14,736 bases of DNA from Azolla caroliniana (Eukaryota; Plantae; Polypodiophyta): NCBI GenBank assembly GCA_043228905.1, contig JBHGNT010000845.1, positions 1 through 14,736 on the forward strand, read 5' to 3'. Positions 8,741 through 14,736 of this stretch are shown piece by piece (position 1 is the first letter of the stretch; each line of letters begins with the position of its first letter). Under the pieces are notes generated by a model that saw nothing but the letters and a program-made list of their open reading frames with translations, searched no databases and was not told where the DNA came from. A program made the translations under genes and the position numbers.

Positions 8741-11700
8741 AGAAGCTATGTTGTCTTTTTTCTTTGGGAGCCTTGAGGATAAGAGTGTTGACGAATCAGT
8801 TGTTCCCCCAAGAAATGAGGATATGGTAGTTACGGAAGATGAGATTTCCCAGGGTAATTTTATTAACATGCACAAATCTACCGTCTTGGGTCTTAATAAG
8901 AGCTTTGAAATTTTGAGTAATGAAGAATCAGCTGTTTTTCCAAAAGCTGAGAATGTGATTCCACAGGATGATCGTAAGAACACTCAGAACTCCACAACCT
9001 CAACTGTTGATATGAGCTTTGAGAATATGAATGTTGAAGAATCTGCGATTTCTTCAAGAAACGATAATATGAGAATCACTGGAGTTGAGGTTCCACAGAA
9101 TAATTGTATGAACACTCACAAAGAGACAGCTTCGGTTGTTGATAAGAACCTTGAGAATGTGACTCATGAAGACCTGGCTGATTTTCCACGAAATGAGGAT
9201 TTGATAAGTACTGACATTAGCCTTCCACAGGATAACTATATGAAAGCACACAAATCCATGGCATCAGTTGTTGGTATTGATTACACAAATAACTTGTCAA
9301 ATGAAATTGCTGGGAAGAGAAAAATGCTTCAATTATCTAATATTCCCTCAAAAGATAATTCACAGTCTTCAAACGTGCTATGTGAACTTAGAAGTTACCA
9401 GCAAGAGAAAGGAGCACAGTGTGGTCAGATTATTAAAATGAACTTTGATGTAGAACTTGAAAATGTAAATGAGGATCCCAAGTCTTTAATTTGCATGGAT
9501 GTATGCACCCAGGAAACATCACATGCAACTATTCTGGATGCTTTTAGTAATGATACAGAATCCACAGAGAAACATTTTGCAGCTTTGAACAAGGAAACTC
9601 TTGAACCTAGTGGCAATGATACGCTTTTACCAACATTTGATGACGTTGTTCTTGGAAAACTGGCCACAGAACAAAGCCTAATATTTGAAGTTGGGGTGGC
9701 TGATGATGATGTTTCCTATGACATTAATATATCTTCTGTAGAGGATGAAAATCAATGTACTTTTGATTTCAAAAGCGAAAGCAGCATACATCGTGAAGCA
9801 TGCAACGGTAAATTTAAGCCAAGGAAGCGTATTGGAGATAAGGTTGATTATGTGGCTTCTAGATTTAGTAGAGGTGATCTGGTGTGGGCCAAAGTTAAGT
9901 CTCATCCTTGGTGGCCAGGACAGATTTTCAATGCCTCAGATGCTTCAACGATTGCTAAAAAGACTCAGAAATCTGGAAGACTTTTAGTAGCCTTCTTTGG
10001 TGATGGCACTTTTGGTTGGCTGAAGGATTCTCAACTCATAGCCTTCAAGCCAAATTTTGAACAGAAGGTAAAACAGACTAATATGAAAAGCTTCTCTAGG
10101 GCAGTTGCAGCAGCACTAGATGAAGTTTGCCGGAGGAGTGAGTTAGGTCTCACTCATTCACGCCATAATGTTCTCCTATATAGCAAGAATACATTTCCAC
10201 ATGCAAATGCAGGAATACAGAATAGTGTGAAGATTGAACACCATCCAGATATCTCTCAGAGTCGAGTGATGTTTACTCCAAAAGCGGTATTGGAATTCAT
10301 CCAAACTGCAGCATGCTGTTCTTTCCACCAACAGAACTTCAGTGTCGAATATTCAGAAATTTGTGGTCATGCGTATGGCACTCGTTCATTTTTAGTAAAT
10401 TCTGACAAGTCAAATTTGCTCAATATTGAAATAGCAAATAATAAATCTAATGAAAAAGCCATAGAAGATACTCTGAAGAGGAGGTTTTCGTCTGTTGAAG
10501 CTGTTGAAGAGGCAGTATGTGCGGAAAGGAAGGAAGCAAAGAAGCCTTACTGGAGTGAAAAGGATAAATCTGTAAGTGATAAAGGAATGAAAGTGAAGAA
10601 GCCACAGCTGAGCGAAGATGCTCTAAAGAATTGTCAGGTTTGTCCAAAGTTGAGGATACAAGAAACCATTTTATCGACAGAAGAAGGTGATACACTAGTA
10701 GAAAACAAGGACAGGGTGTATGAAGGTCCTGACGGTCCTGTTAAGGAAGCAACTTCCAGTAGAAGCAACTGGCGACTTGCTTCGCAGGAGTATGAAGGAG
10801 GGAAAAGCTCAAAAAATTTAGCAAATCTAGGGGAAAGTGAGACAGCTCCTTTGGATATTGGTAGTGATGGAGAGGCATTTCTTGACATTACAGGTTATCC
10901 ATCCAAAGTAATGAACAAGAAGCATGAGAAAATACTAAAACGAGAAAAGCAAGCAAAGCCCTTGTTTTCCCCTGCAGGATTTGTTCTTTCCACAGCAAAG
11001 CTGCCAACTGCTGGCAAAACCTTCGAAGATCATTCTCAAGGGAGTAATAAATCTGTACCTGGTGTACTGCGAGAGTTCAAGGAATCAGAATATATCGAGG
11101 GCTTAAAAAAATATGATATTGATCTATCACCAGTTACAGTGATAGAACCATCAAGTGGCAAGGAAAGGAAAATACTTAAGGGAGAAAAGAGAACAAAACT
11201 GTTGTGTCCATCAGAAGGTGATAATCTTCGCAAAACCAAGAAGATGAGAACTGAAATAAGAGAAATCAATGGACAGGCAAACATCATGCATAGATTGAAG
11301 GAACGGGACGAGAAAGTTGTTGCAAAAAATCTGAACAGGATTGAAAGCTGTAACATGAAGCTTCTTGAATGTCAAGCAACATACAGTTCAACTCCACAAC
11401 AATGTGATTCTGATGTCAGAAGTGAGGCCTCAATCTCTGGCAAATCAGGCACTAAGAAGTTTGGGCATTCTCTTATTCGAATTGTTCAGGGCCTACAGGT
11501 TCTCGCCAGAGATCCTTTGAGATATGCAAGTAGAAGAAGCTCCCTGCAAGAAGTAATATCTTCTATTTTAAAATTCCGCAATAATGTCTTTTTGAAGAGT
11601 TCAGGGTATGGTATTACAGAGATCAGGGCTGTAGTGAACCGAAAAGCACTAGACAAGGCACAACTTGTAACTCACAGTGTGAAACATGTGAAACCAAAAT

Positions 11701-12791
11701 TCAATGTTAAAGAATCTTCTTGTGAGCGAAATGAAGTACAGAAACAACCTTCATCTATGAGGGAAAAGCTGAATTTGAGGATTCCGTCCAGCACAGTAGA
11801 CCTAGAGCAGAAATGTCCTATTGAGAATGTGGAACTTCAAAGCCACACATATGATTTGCAAACCAGTAAAGATTCTATTTTTCTAGAACGAGGAGTTACC
11901 ACTCCATGCCTATCTCCTCAGAATTCAATACCTGGTCTACAAGAGCTAGCTGTAGCGGCAAGGAAAAAGAAATCAGAAGTCGAACAAGAGATAGCAACAA
12001 CAAAAAGCATAGAACAATCTTTTCGAGAAAAACTGAGCAAAAGAAAGTTCTCTGATTTGAGACATGGGTATAGGAATATGAAGCAACATCATTCTAATAA
12101 AGATCCATCTGACTCATCATATATGAAAATGCCTATGCGCACAGCTGATGCTAAGGCCACAGAAACTTCACTTGGGCTTTTCATGCAGTTCCCAAAAGAT
12201 TTCGTGATGCCATCTGAAGCTCAGGTGAACAAAGCATTTAATCAATTTGGGATTCTAGAGAATGCAGGTATTAGACTGTACAAGAATACTTCAGCTGCAC
12301 AGGTGATCTTTAAGCTTAATTCGGATGCTGAAGCTGCACTAAAGTATGCATTAGAAAACAGAATATTTGGAGCTGAGGTATCATATAAGCTTCGTCACTT
12401 CTCTCGGTCTCAAAAAAGTCCTGTATTTAGCAATACATCTGCCTCAAACCATACCATTTGTAGAAGGGATGATCGGGGAAAATCTCCATTCATTGAGAAT
12501 CTAGAAGAAAATGTGAAAGAAATTGATTCAGTGATGACCACATGCATCCCAGCAGATCCTGTAATGTCACATCAGCAAATCAGCCGTGACAAGTTGACAG
12601 CTAATAAACTGACTGTCAACACTAAACCTCCTAATCTGACCTCGCCTTCCAATGTAAATGTACCATCTTGTGACATTAAGGATCAAATGATGAAACTTCT
12701 TCATGAAGTGAGTCTTATTGTTAACTCATGTTCATTGAATCCACAGCTACTTCACGAATCGTTGATCTTGGATATTGATGACAAATATTGA
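8733..12791 (+). CDS. PWWP domain-containing protein (plant PDP-type chromatin reader), 1352 aa, single coding exon
   Basis: 4059-nt uninterrupted ORF in AT-rich DNA, with an in-frame TGA at 8721 just upstream. It contains GDLVWAKVKSHPWWPGQIF...LLVAFFGDGTFGW...AVAAALDEVCRRSELGL (PWWP plus helical extension), LQVLARDP...ILKFRNNVF (aa ~914-956), LFMQFP...PSEAQVNKAFNQFG...AQVIF...DAEAALKYA (RRM-like) and DIKDQMMKLL near the C-terminus. This order matches my recollection of Arabidopsis PDP/At5g27650-type proteins. The exact start (M1, M6 or M31) is uncertain. Confidence 0.92.
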   Translation: MDKEAMLSFFFGSLEDKSVDESVVPPRNEDMVVTEDEISQGNFINMHKSTVLGLNKSFEILSNEESAVFPKAENVIPQDDRKNTQNSTTSTVDMSFENMNVEESAISSRNDNMRITGVEVPQNNCMNTHKETASVVDKNLENVTHEDLADFPRNEDLISTDISLPQDNYMKAHKSMASVVGIDYTNNLSNEIAGKRKMLQLSNIPSKDNSQSSNVLCELRSYQQEKGAQCGQIIKMNFDVELENVNEDPKSLICMDVCTQETSHATILDAFSNDTESTEKHFAALNKETLEPSGNDTLLPTFDDVVLGKLATEQSLIFEVGVADDDVSYDINISSVEDENQCTFDFKSESSIHREACNGKFKPRKRIGDKVDYVASRFSRGDLVWAKVKSHPWWPGQIFNASDASTIAKKTQKSGRLLVAFFGDGTFGWLKDSQLIAFKPNFEQKVKQTNMKSFSRAVAAALDEVCRRSELGLTHSRHNVLLYSKNTFPHANAGIQNSVKIEHHPDISQSRVMFTPKAVLEFIQTAACCSFHQQNFSVEYSEICGHAYGTRSFLVNSDKSNLLNIEIANNKSNEKAIEDTLKRRFSSVEAVEEAVCAERKEAKKPYWSEKDKSVSDKGMKVKKPQLSEDALKNCQVCPKLRIQETILSTEEGDTLVENKDRVYEGPDGPVKEATSSRSNWRLASQEYEGGKSSKNLANLGESETAPLDIGSDGEAFLDITGYPSKVMNKKHEKILKREKQAKPLFSPAGFVLSTAKLPTAGKTFEDHSQGSNKSVPGVLREFKESEYIEGLKKYDIDLSPVTVIEPSSGKERKILKGEKRTKLLCPSEGDNLRKTKKMRTEIREINGQANIMHRLKERDEKVVAKNLNRIESCNMKLLECQATYSSTPQQCDSDVRSEASISGKSGTKKFGHSLIRIVQGLQVLARDPLRYASRRSSLQEVISSILKFRNNVFLKSSGYGITEIRAVVNRKALDKAQLVTHSVKHVKPKFNVKESSCERNEVQKQPSSMREKLNLRIPSSTVDLEQKCPIENVELQSHTYDLQTSKDSIFLERGVTTPCLSPQNSIPGLQELAVAARKKKSEVEQEIATTKSIEQSFREKLSKRKFSDLRHGYRNMKQHHSNKDPSDSSYMKMPMRTADAKATETSLGLFMQFPKDFVMPSEAQVNKAFNQFGILENAGIRLYKNTSAAQVIFKLNSDAEAALKYALENRIFGAEVSYKLRHFSRSQKSPVFSNTSASNHTICRRDDRGKSPFIENLEENVKEIDSVMTTCIPADPVMSHQQISRDKLTANKLTVNTKPPNLTSPSNVNVPSCDIKDQMMKLLHEVSLIVNSCSLNPQLLHESLILDIDDKY
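8772..9281 (+). repeat. Four in-frame tandem coding repeats (44, 38, 44, 44 aa)
   Basis: Units at 8772-8903, 8904-9017, 9018-9149 and 9150-9281 align by eye with an approximate consensus [LF]Exxxx[ED]ESAxxPRNE[DN]xxxTxxx[IVL]PQxNxxNxHKSTxSxVxxx. Unit 2 has a 6-codon deletion. Confidence 0.85.
9864..10151 (+). other. PWWP domain (aa ~378-473; PWWP motif at aa 392-395)
   Basis: FSRGDLVWAKVKSHPWWPGQIF and LLVAFFGDGTFGW are canonical PWWP signatures. Aromatic residues expected for a methyl-lysine cage (W394, FF of VAFFG, W of FGW) are present. Confidence 0.95.
12177..12398 (+). other. C-terminal RRM-like domain of plant PWWP proteins (aa ~1149-1222)
   Basis: LFMQFPKDFVMPSEAQVNKAFNQFGILENAGIRLYKNTSAAQVIFKLNSDAEAALKYALENRIFGAEVSYKLRH shows a beta-alpha(FxxFG)-beta-beta(VxF)-alpha(DAxxA)-beta pattern. 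It resembles the segment I recall from plant PDP proteins. Confidence 0.75.
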
Positions 12792-12817
12792 AGTTGGTTT
12801 GTCTGCATTTTCCTGAG

Positions 12818-12993
12818 GTATGAGGGGGCTAGATGTGATGCATTAATGAAGAAATTCTTCAATATTTGGAATCAGAAATCCAGGCATTAATGAAAATGTA
12901 ACTGGGGCAACATGATTGATCTGTCATTACCTCATGATTGTATCTTAAGAATTTGATTTTTAGTTTTGGTTTGTGCATTTCCCAACATTGCAG
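12818..12993 (+). other. Probable 3'UTR intron (176 nt)
   Basis: Donor GAG|GTATGA after 26 exonic nt past the TGA stop, a T-rich 3' portion, and consensus plant acceptor TTGCAG|G at 12993. Confidence 0.5.
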
Positions 12994-13673
12994 GAATGGT
13001 TTCTAAAACTTTCACTGGCATTTAGAAGTTGTTTTACAAATGAATTTTCCTGTGACGAGCTTTGTGATTTATACTTGCATGGTTTTGTAAGGCAGATGGT
13101 TTAATTATGAGCAATGCAAGTCAGTAAAGTCCATTCATATTAGTGTAGTAGTTGATTGTAAGGTTTGGCATTCTGCAGCGTTTGCTCATATCATTTGTGG
13201 AAAATACCATACCATGAAGCTACATTAGCAATTATATTTATAGTAGCTTATATTATTATTCTTTCATCTACTCGTTTAACTGGTGGACTCAAAAGTCCAG
13301 ACAACGTGGTTCCATTAACAAATATAAGAAGAGATCCTCCTTCAATGGTGTTTAATCTATTCTGGATTTGTAGTGGTATTTATCTATTGTTGCATTTTGT
13401 TAGCTGTTTCCATCATTTCATGCTTTGCGAATGTTTGTTTTGAAGATTTGAATCCACATTCTGAAAATGCTGAGACCTCATTGGCGTTTATTGGTGAAAC
13501 CCTTATAATATGAGAGGACCCTAGTTACACTACGCCTTGGTCTAAGTTACCTTTGCTACCCTAGCTAGAGTAAGCGATCACTGTTTGTGGTGCTTTATTT
13601 TTGCCCATTTTGGTTGACTACATCCATTGCTTATTTAGGATATCATCTCAAAGCATCTCCAATCTTTTTATTG

Positions 13674-13899
13674 TTGTCAAAAATGTCAAATATAGTCCTT
13701 GGCATGCTCTCTGGCTTGAACCCAAGCAGTGGATTACGTGTGGACAGTTAATACGTTCCTTTCGGAGTAGAAAAAATCATATCATATTGTTAAAAATGTT
13801 GTATAGTTCTCAGCATACTCTTTGGTTTGAACCCAAGCATTGAGTACAACGTGTGGGCAAAATATAATGTTCCTTTGGGAGAATAGAACAAGAGCAAAA
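13674..13899. repeat. Diverged tandem duplication, period ~111-113 bp
   Basis: Both copies read TTGTYAAAAATGT..TATAGTYCTYRGCATRCTCTYTGGYTTGAACCCAAGCA..ACGTGTGGRCA..GTTCCTTT.GGAG..TAGAA. TTGAACCCAAGCA is identical at 13716 and 13827. Confidence 0.85.
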
Positions 13900-14631
13900 G
13901 AGTAGCGAGCTTCTTTTCCAAACTACACGTGCTCCAACAGTCACACTCATTTGTAGATAAAAAAAAACTTCTATCAGTTGATTTAGTGGGGATATGATTC
14001 ATATGCATCTCCTATTGTATGTGAACAATTACATATTGGGTCTTGCTTTTTAATTGCTGGGTAATTTTGCCATGTTTGTATCACTCAAGCTCAAAAAACA
14101 TTGAAATACTGTGGGGAAGATAGTGAGGGGCACAAAGAGATTAGAAAGATTATTCGTGGTGGATGTAGCAAGTGGTTCTCGAGCTTCACAAAATGGTGTG
14201 AAGTATCACATGATTTAAGTTAGCAATACGGATGTAATTATCCTCTTGAACTCTTGAAAATGAAAAAAACCTATTGCTGTAAGTTTCATATGGTGCAGAA
14301 GAGAAACTAGAAATACAGAATCTGAAATAAATAGAGCAATGACTTCTGCAAGTCATGTCGATAATTGCATCTTCTTGAATTAGCCCCATATCTTAACAAT
14401 AACAAGTCATCAGCAATCATGATGGAATATTTATGATCATGTTATTTGGTACATTGTTTGCTATTCCTAGCTCCTAAATGGCAACCAAATAAAACTACTC
14501 GTTCCAATTTCTCGGTGAAATTGAAGCTCTAATCCATTTTATTTTTAACTGAGATTCCATGATTTCATTAAAAAATACATATATTTAAACAGCAACGCAC
14601 ACCCACCAAACAAAATCTACAAAACCTAATT

Positions 14632-14736
14632 TCATCCTGGAAAATGAATACATGATCATTTTGGTATACCATTCTAGAAGATAGATGCATGGTCATTTTT
14701 ATACACCATTCTGGAAGATAGCCACGTGATCATTTT
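14632..14736. repeat. 37-bp tandem repeat running off the window end
   Basis: 14651-14687 and 14688-14724 match at 29/37. A third unit begins at 14725 and a degenerate partial unit precedes at 14632-14650. Confidence 0.85.

Noticed and set aside
8714-11356. Antisense and alternate-frame ORFs (65-106 aa) overlapping the PWWP CDS
   Set aside because: Expected shadow ORFs of a long coding region; S/L/F-rich with no recognisable motifs.
12708-12713. Donor-like GAA|GTGAGT as a constitutive coding intron start
   Set aside because: The frame continues through the amphipathic helix MMKLLHEVSLIVN, as expected for the family C-terminus, so read-through is the simpler model. Kept only as a possible alternative site.
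8733-12791. Assignment as ATM kinase, MSH6, ATX/SET or DNMT3 (other PWWP- or Tudor-bearing proteins)
   Set aside because: No PI3K-like, MutS ATPase, SET/PHD or methyltransferase motifs. The ORF ends with the PDP-type C-terminal motifs.
13165-14389. Downstream ORFs of 67-92 aa
   Set aside because: No motifs, hydrophobic bias explained by T-rich DNA, and one lies across the non-coding tandem duplication.

Overview
AT-rich eukaryotic DNA that looks like land plant; a large-genome lineage such as a gymnosperm is a guess from composition only. The one well-supported gene is an uninterrupted 1352-aa ORF (8733-12791, +). It encodes a plant PWWP-domain (PDP-type) chromatin-reader protein with four unexplained ~44-aa N-terminal repeats, a PWWP domain, a central LxxLAxDP...FR helical motif, a C-terminal RRM-like segment and a terminal DI..QM..LL helix. 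Upstream is a compact proliferation-type promoter (E2F site, telo-box, GGGCCC, TGGCC repeats), a GC-rich leader with a template-strand G-quadruplex motif, a probable 5'UTR intron and two tiny uORFs. A probable 3'UTR intron starts 26 nt after the stop. Bases 1-7700 are decayed intergenic or TE-like DNA. They hold a ~104-bp RY-rich palindrome before a TATA box, a 17-18-bp minisatellite with a higher-order duplication, a 78-bp TG...CA element with perfect 15-bp inverted ends and a near-TSD, and possible minus-strand splice-signal relics. Two more tandem duplications lie downstream of the gene. I see no convincing new multi-gene system; the best leads are the N-terminal protein repeat and the small structured elements. 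All family assignments come from recalled motifs, not from database searches.
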